Source of the DNA: an uncultured virus (IMG/VR IMGVR_UViG_3300025030_000088)
Taxonomy: Duplodnaviria; Heunggongvirae; Uroviricota; Caudoviricetes
Direction: 5' to 3' (one strand)
IMG/VR virus record: IMGVR_UViG_3300025030_000088
Coordinates: 1 to 64,000 of that record
DNA: 64,000 nucleotides
Shown: in pieces, positions 1-10,989 of the stretch
How positions within the stretch are numbered: position 1 is the stretch's first letter
How the letters are laid out: each line of letters begins with the position of its first letter
Notes under the pieces: generated by a model
What the model was told of the DNA's origin: nothing
Databases searched by the model: none
What the model saw: the letters and a program-made list of their open reading frames with translations, nothing else
Program-made: the position numbers and the translations under genes

Positions 1-79
1 TTATCATTAAAATCACAACTCTTAACTATCCCTGTTTATTTATTAATTGTTTTTATACTGTATTTAATTTAACTATTGC

Positions 80-1191
80 TTACTCAATCACATCAATAAT
101 TACCATTTGATTGGAAGCATCTGGGAAACATTCTGCTACGAAGTCAAAAACAGAAGGGTCCAAAAATTTGTTATCCTAGAAGCTTTTTATCCTCTAGTTC
201 TTATAGTTCATATTCCTATAAGTTCAGCATATATTTTCAACTCTTAGAGTTGTCGAGCACTCGTGGTACTTAATAAATTAAGTAGTGTCTTAGACACGAG
301 AATTATATTCTTTATTAAATATTTAATAAAGTTTCATCTCCTATGCGTTACGGTAAGCCACATATTTTAAAATGTGCTTTACCTCGGTATTGGGAGAACT
401 TAAAAACATATGTATTAAGTCCATATCTCACCTTTCACCGATTTTGCTCGATGTTTACTTGTAACTCACGCTACAAGGGGGCAATCCTTCTTACCCTCAC
501 TAGCCATCGTAATAGTAAAGTTTGAAGCCATCTTCGATCTGGGCATGATAAATTTAGCTGGTAAGTCTACACCATCGGATTCTCTTCTCCAGAGACAATC
601 GGCCTCAATTCTAAAGTAACCGCTAAATTTACCGCTATCAATTACAAATTCTTTTGCTGTAGTAGCAGAATTATAATAATAATCTACAATTACTACATCC
701 CCTACTGCCATAAGATGACCGCCTACAGTTCCAGCAAATGTAATTGTAGGAGTTGCTAATTGATAACCATTTGTAGCATTACTAGGTACTGTGGTTCCAA
801 TAGCAGATGTGTCACCACTTTCAGTTATAAATACAAACATTGGATTAGTTGCATCAATAACTGGTGTTTGAGTCAAAGTAACTTGTAAAGAAGAATTTAA
901 AGTCAAAACTTCCTTTTTATGTACTTTTACTTGTTTTGTAACTACTGCTGTTCCTGACAAAATTGCAAAACTTTGAGCAGAAATAAGAGCATCGGACATA
1001 TTAAATTTTACTTCTTTGTTAGATTCCCACATGAGGCGTTTGGGATTTCCAGCTCCTCCACGAGCATATACCGCATCTGCTGTTACTTCTGTCGAACTAG
1101 TTTTTAATGTCTCCAAATAAAGCACAGGTTTTAAAGTAGTAATATCTCTAAATACTACATTTGCAATTTCCCGAATACCGTATCTTGACAA
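80..1191 (-). CDS. Major tail (tube) protein, spliced: exon 1 1191-493, exon 2 160-80
   Basis: Last gene of the morphogenesis block in this window. TTG start after AGGAG. Exon joining gives ...TITMASEG|DPSVFDFVAECFPDASNQMVIIDVIE*, restoring a GDPSxF motif I recognise from SPbeta-like tail-tube proteins. Confidence 0.75.
161..492 (-). ncRNA. Group I self-splicing intron without ORF (332 nt)
   Basis: 5' exon ends in U (GAGGGU) and pairs with intron GCCCCC (P1). Intron ends in G. AGAAGG pairs with 3' exon CCUUCU (P10). Core elements AAAUCGGUGAA, AAUACCGAGG, CCGUAACGCAUA and AUAUAUGCUG (P7 GCAUA/UAUGC) are present. Confidence 0.9.
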
Positions 1192-1306
1192 AATAATCAC
1201 TCCTTTTTATTTTTTCTTTGTTTTATATAATTAAAAAATCACTACCTAAAAAGATAGCTACTATTAATATTAATGAAAATATTAACTTAAACCAACCAAA
1301 ATTATC

Positions 1307-2107
1307 TCAATCATTCCCCAACCTACAAACAAAATTCTTAATCTCAACTTTTTTAGGATCTGCTCCATGTAATAAACTTTGAATACTAATGTCATATTCA
1401 TTAATTTTTTGCATTCGCTTAAACTGATCATAAAATCTAAATATTGTCATTTCATAAACCCTATCTAAATCTATTTTCTGATAAGTAGAAAAAGCAGAAA
1501 TTATATCAAATAAATCAAGTGATTCATTATTTTTTGCTTTTAATTTATTAACTTTCTCTCTTGATTTTCTTATTTTATCAGCAATTTCTTTTGCCTTGTC
1601 ATTTGCTGGATTATAATCATCATCTTCATTGTTTGTTTTTAAGCAATTTGATTTTTTTATTGTTTCAATTATTAAATCAAAATTATTATCAGAAATAATT
1701 TTATCTTTGTCAATCGTATCAATGTGTAAAAATCCATTCTCATAAAAATAAACTTTCTCTTTAAAGAAAAAAGACAAAGCATCCAAATAACTTTGTCTCA
1801 AATGAATATTTTGATATAAACTAATATAAATAAACTGAAAAATACTTAGTTTATTTATTTCTTTTTCAAATTCTTCTCTTTCTTCAAAAGATAACTCATT
1901 ATTTAAATTGTTATTTTTTTTAAAATAATCTTTATCTAAACTTATTAGACCAAGATAATTATTATATTCTAATTCACCAATTTCAGCAATTTCAATTAAC
2001 TTTGGAGAATATATTTTACCAACATCTTTAATTTCTATTGGTAAATTTCCTAGTAAACGTAAGTTTAAGTCTTTGTCGTTAATTTTGTTGTTAGTATTGT
2101 TTGCAAT
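1307..2107 (-). CDS. Phage tail-region protein of unknown function
   Basis: ORF in structural operon. Likely ATT start at 2107, 8 nt after GAGGTG; the longer ORF-track start overlaps the upstream gene. Confidence 0.6.
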   Translation of the reverse strand: MANNTNNKINDKDLNLRLLGNLPIEIKDVGKIYSPKLIEIAEIGELEYNNYLGLISLDKDYFKKNNNLNNELSFEEREEFEKEINKLSIFQFIYISLYQNIHLRQSYLDALSFFFKEKVYFYENGFLHIDTIDKDKIISDNNFDLIIETIKKSNCLKTNNEDDDYNPANDKAKEIADKIRKSREKVNKLKAKNNESLDLFDIISAFSTYQKIDLDRVYEMTIFRFYDQFKRMQKINEYDISIQSLLHGADPKKVEIKNFVCRLGND

Positions 2108-2165
2108 TTTGTTTTCACCTCGATTAATTGATTTTAATTTTGTTAAGATTAATTGAATTAATTGG

Positions 2166-2654
2166 CTAATTGAACTCGTAAGTTTTAAATTCAATGCAAC
2201 TCCCCAAAAAAGTTGATGAATTATCTGTAGTAAATTCATACATGCCCTCAAACTGAACTCGTCCTATACCCACCAAACGGGTTTGGTTAAAAATCTTATC
2301 CATTTCCGATATGATGAAGTCATTTACAAGTCCTTGATCACAACTCATTAGCGATTTGTGAGAAATAACATATAAATAAAAGTTTGAAACTTTATACATA
2401 TTATCATGAGGTTTGAAAACAAAATTACTGGTGATATGTATATTTGCTTCATCGGTTATCTGAGGAATATATTTCCAAGGCCATATCTGAGAATAAAGGA
2501 GTGATGTACGATCAAATTCTGGTGGTATAACTCTATCAAGAAAACTAGACGTATCTTTTCGATATAATAAAGCTTTAGTTATATTATCATTGTTATAAAT
2601 TGCTTCCATTAATTTTATTTTGTTGATGCTAAGGTCTTCAAATCTATTGGCAAT
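2166..2654 (-). CDS. Putative tail completion/terminator protein
   Basis: Position between head-closure and tail-tube genes. In-frame ATT at 2654 follows AAAGGAGG. Confidence 0.5.
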   Translation of the reverse strand: MANRFEDLSINKIKLMEAIYNNDNITKALLYRKDTSSFLDRVIPPEFDRTSLLYSQIWPWKYIPQITDEANIHITSNFVFKPHDNMYKVSNFYLYVISHKSLMSCDQGLVNDFIISEMDKIFNQTRLVGIGRVQFEGMYEFTTDNSSTFLGSCIEFKTYEFN

Positions 2655-2669
2655 ATTAATCGCCTCCTT

Positions 2670-3992
2670 TTATTGTAAATTTAATTCTCTTTGAAGAATA
2701 GATTCGATGTTGTCAAAGTCATAATACCAAATTTCTAATAATTTTATATTGTTATCAACACAATATTGTCTTTTTCTTCTATCATGCTCTAATTGTTTTT
2801 CAAAATCCTTTTTTGACTTATGGAAACCTTTTATATATCTCTCATGTTGTTCGCCTTGATATTCTATAAGACCATATTCTGGTAAATAAAAATCATAAGA
2901 TAATAAACCATTGTTTAATCCAACTAAACCATCAAATTCTTTTTGTGGAATATAGTTTATATTTTTATTTATAAAATAATTACTAATTCTTTCTTCACCT
3001 TTGGAATATGCACACTCTGGGCATCTAAAATCACATTTATTAGAATTACAAATATCTCTAATATAATCATCATGTTTTCCATTAGGACATTTCCAATATA
3101 CTTCTTTATCACTTTTAGGTGCATACTCATATGGCGATTTTTTATTTTTATCAGACCATAATTCTAAAGATTTTGGAAATAATGTACCTAAGCTATCTAA
3201 TGAATGTACCTTGCCTCCACGTTTACTACAATAAGAACATCTGTCACCCATAATAAATCGATAACAACTTATATCATAATTATTATGATATTTTTTTTCT
3301 TGACATCTTATCCAAACTTTTCTTGTATTATTACATTTACTTATATCCCAAGGATTAATTGTATTTTTCTCACAATCCCAATACTTCTCGAAGAAATCAA
3401 CGCCTAAATTATCAATTCCCCATTGAGCAAAGGAATTACATAGTTTACAATCCATACTTCCTTCTTGTCCACTTGTTAAACAATTAATTTGTTTTAATTC
3501 GCTTTTATGTATTCCCATTGGGCATTTAAAATAATATTTTTTATCCACCCCATATGTAATTTCACTGTGCTTGCAATCATTTAATTCATAATCCCAACGT
3601 AAAAGAATATCCTGTTTATTATTTTCAATACACCATTGCTCAAAAGATTTGCTGTTTTTTAATTTAGTTTTTTTATATGTTGGTCTTCTAAATAATTTAT
3701 TGGCACATTTTTGACAATAATATACACCATTTTCTCCAACATATCTTTTATATGCTTGCCATATAACATTTTCTATTTTTCTCCCACAATCATCACATTC
3801 AATATTTACTAAAGCATGACTATTATCTAATAAATCTTCAATTTTTACCAATATGGGGTTTGTAGTATCATATACTAAAATATTTTTTCGTTGAGAATGT
3901 TTTTTCTTCGGAATTATATATCCTAAATTTTCATAATGTTTTGTATTTACCCCATTCATCTTAACTAACACTGTTTCATTTATCAATCCCAT
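2670..3992 (-). CDS. Free-standing zinc-ribbon-repeat endonuclease (C-terminal PD-(D/E)xK/DUF559-like domain)
   Basis: Multiple CxxC and WKC..H..CP.C repeats. C-terminal SKGE...YDFYLP...IEYQGEQH...HD..K..YC....IKLLEI motif. Confidence 0.75.
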   Translation of the reverse strand: MGLINETVLVKMNGVNTKHYENLGYIIPKKKHSQRKNILVYDTTNPILVKIEDLLDNSHALVNIECDDCGRKIENVIWQAYKRYVGENGVYYCQKCANKLFRRPTYKKTKLKNSKSFEQWCIENNKQDILLRWDYELNDCKHSEITYGVDKKYYFKCPMGIHKSELKQINCLTSGQEGSMDCKLCNSFAQWGIDNLGVDFFEKYWDCEKNTINPWDISKCNNTRKVWIRCQEKKYHNNYDISCYRFIMGDRCSYCSKRGGKVHSLDSLGTLFPKSLELWSDKNKKSPYEYAPKSDKEVYWKCPNGKHDDYIRDICNSNKCDFRCPECAYSKGEERISNYFINKNINYIPQKEFDGLVGLNNGLLSYDFYLPEYGLIEYQGEQHERYIKGFHKSKKDFEKQLEHDRRKRQYCVDNNIKLLEIWYYDFDNIESILQRELNLQ

Positions 3993-4036
3993 AAATATTA
4001 ATCCTCCTTTAATCTTTGAAATATAAAAATAAGTAA

Positions 4037-4195
4037 TTAAATTTCTCTATTTAACCACTTTTTTAATAATTCTTTAAATATTTGATTTTCTTCAAACTCA
4101 ATATAAGTTTTGCATTTATTTCCTAAACCACAACTTATAGGAATTGCACCATGTTTAATAAAAACGTCTGCCTGTTCAATATTAAATATTTTCAT
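4037..4195 (-). CDS. Small hypothetical protein (52 aa, MKIFNIEQADVFIKHG...KWLNREI)
   Basis: ATG after AAGGAG; fills the gap; below the ORF-track size cut-off. Confidence 0.6.
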   Translation of the reverse strand: MKIFNIEQADVFIKHGAIPISCGLGNKCKTYIEFEENQIFKELLKKWLNREI

Positions 4196-4204
4196 ACATT
4201 CTCC

Positions 4205-5440
4205 TTACAATACTGACCTCAACTTAACATTAACCTGCACACTATTCGTTGGAAATTCCACATCAGTAGCTTTTAAATCCACGAAATAGCTATATCCAAG
4301 TGCTTTCAAAGATGTTGTATTCCCTGTGAGTGTTAGAAATTCATATTTATTTGTTGGTGTCGTATCTGGAATGACCTCAAATGTAAAGTTAACTCTTGTT
4401 TCTAAAACTCCATTTTTGTAACGAGATGCTGTAAATACCTTAGTCTGATTGTACTTAACCTCATTGCTCGGAAGCATATTTGCCACAAGTTCATAAGTAT
4501 AATTTGTTTGTGTACTTTCTATTATTTCAACATTTATAGTATCCTTTATACTATTATCAGAAGTTAAAGCGACAGTAAATATAACACTATCAGCAGTTAA
4601 AATTGTTACAACTCCAGTAGTGCTGTTGATTGTAGCCACACTTGTATTTGAACTGGAATATGTAAGTTGTGGACTAGACACAACTATATCATTATCTTTT
4701 AATTCTGCATTAATAGTTAATGGTTGCGTTCTGCCAATTTGTAGCGAATTTCCATTGGTGATTGTCAATACATAGTTAGCACTTTCAGCACTCTCAGCAA
4801 CCCACTTGAGTTTAAGTACTAATATACCATTATCAATTACATCAGATATATTTTCTACTCTCCAATTCCATTTGTTCCCAAGTTTAAATATATCATTAAT
4901 TGAAATTAATTGAGAATCCACATTGTTAACAACTCTTACTATAATAAAATCATCAATATCGGAAACATATTTCATTTCATCAATACCTAGCCCCATACTG
5001 TTTCCAACTGTTGAAATTACACATGGAATTGTATATGAAATATGATTTTTAACAAACTTTAAATTATTATTACATTGTTGCACTACACAACTTTTTATAT
5101 GATCTATATTATTTGTTGACGTTACTAACCACGTATTACTATCAAATTGTAATAAATCACCAGATTCACACACAAAATCTAAATCCTTAAAAACTACTCG
5201 TTTCACATCATCAAGCGCAATTTTCTCAGTATCTTTCTTAGCCTGAAATACATGTATCTTTACACCAGTAGTATAATTTAATTCATTCCTTTTTTTATAA
5301 GAAACTTCTTTATAACTTACATTGTAATCAAAACTATCAGTAAAACTATCTGTAATAGAATTAATATATTCATCCCTAATAGTTAATCCATCAATAGATA
5401 ATCTTGACTTATAACTATTTACAATATCAGAAAAACTCAA
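4205..5440 (-). CDS. Head-closure/neck protein with Ig-like domain
   Basis: GDLLQFDSNTWLV head-closure-like segment. YSSSNTSVATINSTTGVVT is an Ig-like (Big_2) signature. Confidence 0.6.
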   Translation of the reverse strand: MSFSDIVNSYKSRLSIDGLTIRDEYINSITDSFTDSFDYNVSYKEVSYKKRNELNYTTGVKIHVFQAKKDTEKIALDDVKRVVFKDLDFVCESGDLLQFDSNTWLVTSTNNIDHIKSCVVQQCNNNLKFVKNHISYTIPCVISTVGNSMGLGIDEMKYVSDIDDFIIVRVVNNVDSQLISINDIFKLGNKWNWRVENISDVIDNGILVLKLKWVAESAESANYVLTITNGNSLQIGRTQPLTINAELKDNDIVVSSPQLTYSSSNTSVATINSTTGVVTILTADSVIFTVALTSDNSIKDTINVEIIESTQTNYTYELVANMLPSNEVKYNQTKVFTASRYKNGVLETRVNFTFEVIPDTTPTNKYEFLTLTGNTTSLKALGYSYFVDLKATDVEFPTNSVQVNVKLRSVL

Positions 5441-5530
5441 AACTATCCACTCCTTCTTAACTATTATATAATGTCAAAACTACAATAATCATAATAATCA
5501 TGTTTATAATTAATTAAATCATAAACATTA

Positions 5531-6010
5531 TCACAACGAATTTGCACCACTAGAACCCTTTAATTCATCACTATCTTGTTGATATGAATTCATAACCATA
5601 TCTTGAATTAATTCTTCTCTAACATTTTTTATAGTTTCTCTAACCTCTTTCATATGATTTGCTTGACTATGTACTTGATAATCCCTACCATATACTAACT
5701 GATTTAAATGTTTTTGCTTTTGTAACTGAAATTCAAGATATGGCACAGTCATTCCTCTTGCAATATAAGTAATTTCTTGATCATTTAAATCATCAGTAAA
5801 ATTACCTATTGTTATTCCATCAGAACTTGTTTTTGTATAATTATTTATATCAACTCTTGGAATTAAATAATTTCTACATATACCTATTGACCTATATATA
5901 TACTTAGACAATTCAATTGCTAAATTATCTTCTGTATAATTATTGATAAATTTAGGATCATCTATAATCAACAGAAATTGTTCAAATGGTAATTCAAAGG
6001 AGGTAGCCAA
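5531..6010 (-). CDS. Putative head-tail adaptor protein
   Basis: Position after capsid genes; GNFTDDLNDQEI and SQANH segments typical of SPbeta-like adaptors. Confidence 0.55.
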   Translation of the reverse strand: MATSFELPFEQFLLIIDDPKFINNYTEDNLAIELSKYIYRSIGICRNYLIPRVDINNYTKTSSDGITIGNFTDDLNDQEITYIARGMTVPYLEFQLQKQKHLNQLVYGRDYQVHSQANHMKEVRETIKNVREELIQDMVMNSYQQDSDELKGSSGANSL

Positions 6011-6026
6011 ATATATTTCTCCTTTC

Positions 6027-6776
6027 TTAATTAATCACATATTTATTTGAAAATTCTTGAATATTAATATTAAAAACATTATTTAAAACTTCCCATTTAT
6101 TTTTATCTAAATATTTTGGATTGTTTTTAGCTACATTTGAAATGATTAATGCTAACACTGATTCTTGCAGTGGTTTTGACAATGACTTTATTTTTTCTAT
6201 TAATTTATTTGTATCTAATTCTATAATATTATCAATTTCTTCTTTTGAAATATCATATTTTTTATAATTTTCTCTAAGATATAAAGTATCAATTACATCA
6301 TCATCGTTTAATATTCTAATTTCAAGATTTTCAAAATGATCGCGATATCTAGATACTAAACTTTCAACATCTTCAAAACGCACAGGATTTATATGTCCAT
6401 AGTTATTAAATCTAATAAGTTTATTGTTATGAGTAAAAAAACTACCTCCTGCATGTTCCATTTGCATTAACAATACTCTCTTTGTAGGATCTATCGTCAC
6501 ATAAGATTTAAATCCTTTATTTGTTTCAGATTTTATTGTTTCTATATCAGATTTATTTTCATTTATTTTATTTTGTGATTCTAATAGTTTTTCCATCATA
6601 ATAGTAATATTATTAATTTTATCTTCAAGATCTTTATTTTTTTGATTTGTTAATTCTAATTCTTTCTTTAATTCTTCTGAAATATCAATTGAATTAGAAT
6701 TAATTTGATTAGTTTCTTCATTAATTATATTATCTAAATTAGAATCTAATTTATTTTCACTTTTTGATTTTGCCAT
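6027..6776 (-). CDS. Hypothetical protein downstream of capsid gene
   Basis: 249-aa ORF with GGAGG RBS; coiled-coil N-terminus. Confidence 0.6.
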   Translation of the reverse strand: MAKSKSENKLDSNLDNIINEETNQINSNSIDISEELKKELELTNQKNKDLEDKINNITIMMEKLLESQNKINENKSDIETIKSETNKGFKSYVTIDPTKRVLLMQMEHAGGSFFTHNNKLIRFNNYGHINPVRFEDVESLVSRYRDHFENLEIRILNDDDVIDTLYLRENYKKYDISKEEIDNIIELDTNKLIEKIKSLSKPLQESVLALIISNVAKNNPKYLDKNKWEVLNNVFNINIQEFSNKYVIN

Positions 6777-6952
6777 AAATTGTTTTTAATGCCTCCGATA
6801 TATTGATTTATTAATGATTAGTTAATTATATATATTATTTTCTTAAATAATAAATAAAAGAGATATATAAATATATCTCTTTTATTATATTTATTAAATT
6901 TTCAATACCTATAAAGAATTATATTATTATTCTAAAATAAAATTATAAATTA

Positions 6953-8062
6953 CTAGCTCACTTTTACTATCCCAAAATATGCCATCGAAATAATCTTGAG
7001 ATCCCAACTATCTGTAATAGTATAAGAATTCGTGCCGTCACTAGTTTCGTATTCTTTTGATGCCCTTATAGTAGAACGTCCCTCAGTACCAATTTTTACC
7101 AATTTATCAGTAGCAATAGACATAAGTATCACATAATTATTATCTAAAGCAAAATCATAAGCACTGTTTGGGTTAATGGATTGCTCTAATTTCAAAGTAG
7201 GAATTCCGAATGGAGCTTGAATATAACCAACGTCTACATATTCTCTGCCTATAGGCATTTTCATATAGTCATTAGTAGGTAAAATCTTATTTAGAGCAGT
7301 TTTTGTACCTACAGAAGTTGCAGTTATACCACCATTAGCAGCAGCAACTCTTTCTGCTAAACGAATATATGAATCTTGAGCATAAGTAGTTTCTTTAAAA
7401 TTAGTTGCAAGAGTGGAATATGCACCATAAATAATATTAATTACTTCTTGTTGCAACTTAGTTCTAAAAGATTTAACTACCTGATTCAACAACCAACCCC
7501 AATCATACATTCCTGTTGCAAGACGATATGTATCAATCTTTACGCCAATTTTCTTTCTTTTAGGATTTAAAGTAATATCTTCTTCCCAGAGGTTTTGGAA
7601 ATGTACACTTCTCACACCATTAGCAACAGTAGATACAGACAATAAATGGTTTGACGGAATGTGGAAAGTTAAACTATCTCCATCCGCAATAGATTTTACC
7701 TCTGCAAAATTTAAAGCTGATTCAATTTCTGTTTTTGCGTTAATTTTATTAATAACTGCTTCTACTACAGAAAAATATGCTCTTTCAAAAGTTTGAAAAG
7801 CAAAAGCATCTCTAATTCCAAAACGTTCTTTATCCAAACCAGAAATCTCATAAGCCTCATCAGCAAGCATATTACTAAAAATATTATTTTTATCTTTAAA
7901 AGAAATTACATGACCACTATTATCAGTAGTATTAGCAAAAGTAGCAAATCTACTATATTGTCCTAAATTATTTTCTCTTTCATAAAGATAATGTTTGTAT
8001 AATTCTACACCTAAATCAACCGTAGCAATTTGTTTCTTAGAAAACTTAGTAAGTATATTCAT
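6953..8062 (-). CDS. Major capsid protein
   Basis: 369 aa following protease/scaffold and decoration genes; FAEVKSIADGD segment typical of SPbeta-like capsids. Confidence 0.8.
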   Translation of the reverse strand: MNILTKFSKKQIATVDLGVELYKHYLYERENNLGQYSRFATFANTTDNSGHVISFKDKNNIFSNMLADEAYEISGLDKERFGIRDAFAFQTFERAYFSVVEAVINKINAKTEIESALNFAEVKSIADGDSLTFHIPSNHLLSVSTVANGVRSVHFQNLWEEDITLNPKRKKIGVKIDTYRLATGMYDWGWLLNQVVKSFRTKLQQEVINIIYGAYSTLATNFKETTYAQDSYIRLAERVAAANGGITATSVGTKTALNKILPTNDYMKMPIGREYVDVGYIQAPFGIPTLKLEQSINPNSAYDFALDNNYVILMSIATDKLVKIGTEGRSTIRASKEYETSDGTNSYTITDSWDLKIISMAYFGIVKVS

Positions 8063-8097
8063 TATTATTTTTCATCCTTTCCTTTTTATATTTTTAT

Positions 8098-8613
8098 TTA
8101 GTCTTTAATTACGCGAATAATTGTAGCTGGAATAGCAGTCTTTCCAGTAAAAATATTACAAGTAGAACCAGTTTCTTCAACTACAAATGCCAATCTTGTT
8201 CCGCCAGCTAAAGTAGCAGCAGAAGCAAGTGTAAAAGTTCCATTAGCAGGAATTACATACTGTCCAACAACAGGAGTGCCACTAATAGCAGAAGTATTAA
8301 TTTTAAATCTCATACCAACTCTCATTCTATAAGCACGGACTGGCATCCCTGCGATATAAGTAAAAGTTGCCTTATTATGTACCGGAGTTCTAAACCCAAA
8401 TGCATCAATATGGACTTCTGCACCAACAACCATTACTACTTCATTAGTAGTTACAGCAGTAGCAGTAGCAATTGCATATAAATCTCTTTCTCCAGATACT
8501 AAACCAGTTAATTCACCTACATAACCATCATCGAGTGCTGTTGAAGCATGTTGTACACTTAATACATCAGCATCAAAAATTGCCTCATTCATAAATTCAC
8601 ATATATTGCTCAC
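8098..8613 (-). CDS. Head decoration/minor capsid protein
   Basis: 171 aa, Ala/Gly/Thr-rich, lies between scaffold and capsid genes. Confidence 0.6.
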   Translation of the reverse strand: MSNICEFMNEAIFDADVLSVQHASTALDDGYVGELTGLVSGERDLYAIATATAVTTNEVVMVVGAEVHIDAFGFRTPVHNKATFTYIAGMPVRAYRMRVGMRFKINTSAISGTPVVGQYVIPANGTFTLASAATLAGGTRLAFVVEETGSTCNIFTGKTAIPATIIRVIKD

Positions 8614-8639
8614 TAAAAATTCCTCCTTTAAATATTAAT

Positions 8640-10601
8640 TTAATTTTTTTCTTGATAATCTTTTACATAATCAGTCCAATGTTCACCTTCAGGCTTAGTT
8701 TCATTTGTTACAACAATTCCCATACGAGAATAACTTGCAAAATCTTTCTTTCCTTTAGTTTCAGCTTCATATTTATCACAAACAAAAGCTTTAACTTCTT
8801 TCTCAAATTCTTCAACAGTATTAAATTTTTCAAGTTTACCAAATAAATCTTTTCTTTCATCTTCATTAATTTTCTTTGCGAATTTAGAAAGAATAATTTC
8901 TGCTTGAGTTTCTTTCTTTTCTTTAGCAAAATTAACAATATCAGTTTTAAGAATCTCATTCTCTGTTTTATAAGTCTCAACTTCAGATTTAAAAGTTTCA
9001 ATTTCTGTTTCTTTGGCAGAATATTGTTCTTTTAAACCATCTAGTTCTTGACCTAAAGAAACAATAGAATTTTGTTTTTCTTCTAATTGAGTGGTGAATT
9101 CCGCTAATTGTGTAGTAAATTCTTCTGATTTAGTAATAAATTCTGCTTTAATAGTTTCTTTTTCAGATTCAAAAGTAGATTGTAAAGTTTCTTTTTCTTG
9201 AATAAATTCCACATTTTTTTCATCTACTTTTATTTTAGCAAAACTATTAAATTCTTCAGTAAGAATTTCTTTTGCAAATGCCTTTAAATCTTCTGCTTTT
9301 ATTTCACTAGCATTGACTATATTACCCCACATTTCATTTGCTACTGCATTAAAATTTTTTGCAAACTCTTCCTTATTAAATACCACCTTATCTACCTCAC
9401 TTTCTTTAAAATTATTTATATCTTCAAATAGATAACTATAATCTTCTTTAGTTAAATTAAATTTTTCAAAGTTATCCATATTAAGACCCAATTGTTTATA
9501 ATGTTTTTTTAAATGTGATATAGGACTACCAGTTATACCTTGTGCTCTTGCTCTGCTTAATGCAGATTGAATTCCCCTATAATGTACCACTAAATTACCA
9601 TCATTTATAATATGATGTGGATAATGGACATTATTAACAGATAAATCATTATCTACATTTTCATCAATAATTAAATATGCTTCTTTTATAAGCGAAGCAT
9701 GATTGCTTGCTTTAAGTAGACTATTTAACATCTTCGCTCCAGGATCTTCCCAATCACCAACAACAGAATTATCTTTATCATTTTTTATTTCAATTGAATT
9801 AGATTTACCTAATTCAATTCCAACTGAAAATTCTTCATTCTTAAAAATTTTTAATTCATCTTCTGCATACCACTCATGCTGTTCTTCATCGCCAATAAAT
9901 TTAATTGCATAATAATAGCCATTTTTTACTTCTGAAATTATTCCTGTTTTACCTTCGTGTTCTGGCATGTGTAATTCTGTTGGTATTACGGAATCACCTA
10001 ACTGAAATTTATTGTCTGTGTCTTGTTTTGCAAAAGTTTCTATTGTACTTTTACAAAAACTTGCATATGCTTCTCTTGGTTTATTTAAAACTTCAAGATG
10101 TGCGTTTTTCATACCAGTTGCTATTTCTAGTTTATCTCCTAGAATAGTTATACACTGATAAATCCACTCCTTAAACCTAAACTTACCACTAGATAGTTTT
10201 TCTTTTTTAAGAACTTCAATTTCTATACTTATTTTTTTTGTGCCACTTTTGAGAATATTCTCGGATTCCTTTGTGAGGTATTCTTTTTGGATCACGCCTA
10301 ATGCTGTGGCATACTCAAGATTTTCATATATTTCATACCCATATTCACAATCTTCTAAACTTAATATACTACCTAACGGATATTCATCAATTTCATGTTC
10401 TTTAAAATCTCCATTTTTAAATTTACCACAAATCGGCGTGTATCCTATAAAATTTTTATTATTTTCATAATCTTCCTTTTCGATTACACTACCATTATAG
10501 TTAGAACCGATAAGTCCAAAGAAAAATTTACAAACCAAAAATCTAGGATCATCTCTTATTATAGTAAATTTATCACAATTAAATTTTACTATTTCACTCA
10601 C
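8640..10601 (-). CDS. Prohead protease-scaffold fusion
   Basis: N-terminal protease-like domain (NYNGS..., H, ISIEIEV, CITILG); long acidic coiled-coil C-terminus; lies between portal and capsid. Confidence 0.7.
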   Translation of the reverse strand: MSEIVKFNCDKFTIIRDDPRFLVCKFFFGLIGSNYNGSVIEKEDYENNKNFIGYTPICGKFKNGDFKEHEIDEYPLGSILSLEDCEYGYEIYENLEYATALGVIQKEYLTKESENILKSGTKKISIEIEVLKKEKLSSGKFRFKEWIYQCITILGDKLEIATGMKNAHLEVLNKPREAYASFCKSTIETFAKQDTDNKFQLGDSVIPTELHMPEHEGKTGIISEVKNGYYYAIKFIGDEEQHEWYAEDELKIFKNEEFSVGIELGKSNSIEIKNDKDNSVVGDWEDPGAKMLNSLLKASNHASLIKEAYLIIDENVDNDLSVNNVHYPHHIINDGNLVVHYRGIQSALSRARAQGITGSPISHLKKHYKQLGLNMDNFEKFNLTKEDYSYLFEDINNFKESEVDKVVFNKEEFAKNFNAVANEMWGNIVNASEIKAEDLKAFAKEILTEEFNSFAKIKVDEKNVEFIQEKETLQSTFESEKETIKAEFITKSEEFTTQLAEFTTQLEEKQNSIVSLGQELDGLKEQYSAKETEIETFKSEVETYKTENEILKTDIVNFAKEKKETQAEIILSKFAKKINEDERKDLFGKLEKFNTVEEFEKEVKAFVCDKYEAETKGKKDFASYSRMGIVVTNETKPEGEHWTDYVKDYQEKN

Positions 10602-10698
10602 AAATTAACTCACCTCCTTTAAATTGGTTAAATCGAAATTAAAATTATCAATAAAAAAAGAAGTTAATTTAGTTTTAACTTCTTTAAAATTATTTTTT

Positions 10699-10893
10699 CT
10701 AACTATTCCATTCCTTTAAATAAATTTCTAATTCATCACTCATCAAAAATATCCAATAAAATTTACCTTCTCCTTTACTTTTTTTTATATATTGAATATT
10801 TTTTACATTACATAAGAAATTTTTAATTTTAATATCATAACAATAATAAAGTTCATCTTTAGAAAATATTTGTTCTGCATTTTTTATGTACAT
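10699..10893 (-). CDS. Small hypothetical protein
   Basis: 64-aa ORF with RBS, similar in layout to 4037-4195. Confidence 0.55.
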   Translation of the reverse strand: MYIKNAEQIFSKDELYYCYDIKIKNFLCNVKNIQYIKKSKGEGKFYWIFLMSDELEIYLKEWNS

Positions 10894-10989
10894 ATATTAT
10901 CAACTCACTTTTTGTTGTTATTTATTACAAATAAAAAAGACTATAAACATATAGTCTTTAACTTACTTTTATATTATTGTATTTTTATT

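Noticed and set aside
343..525. Plus-strand 60-aa ORF
   Set aside because: Antisense to the group I intron and tail gene; no RBS.
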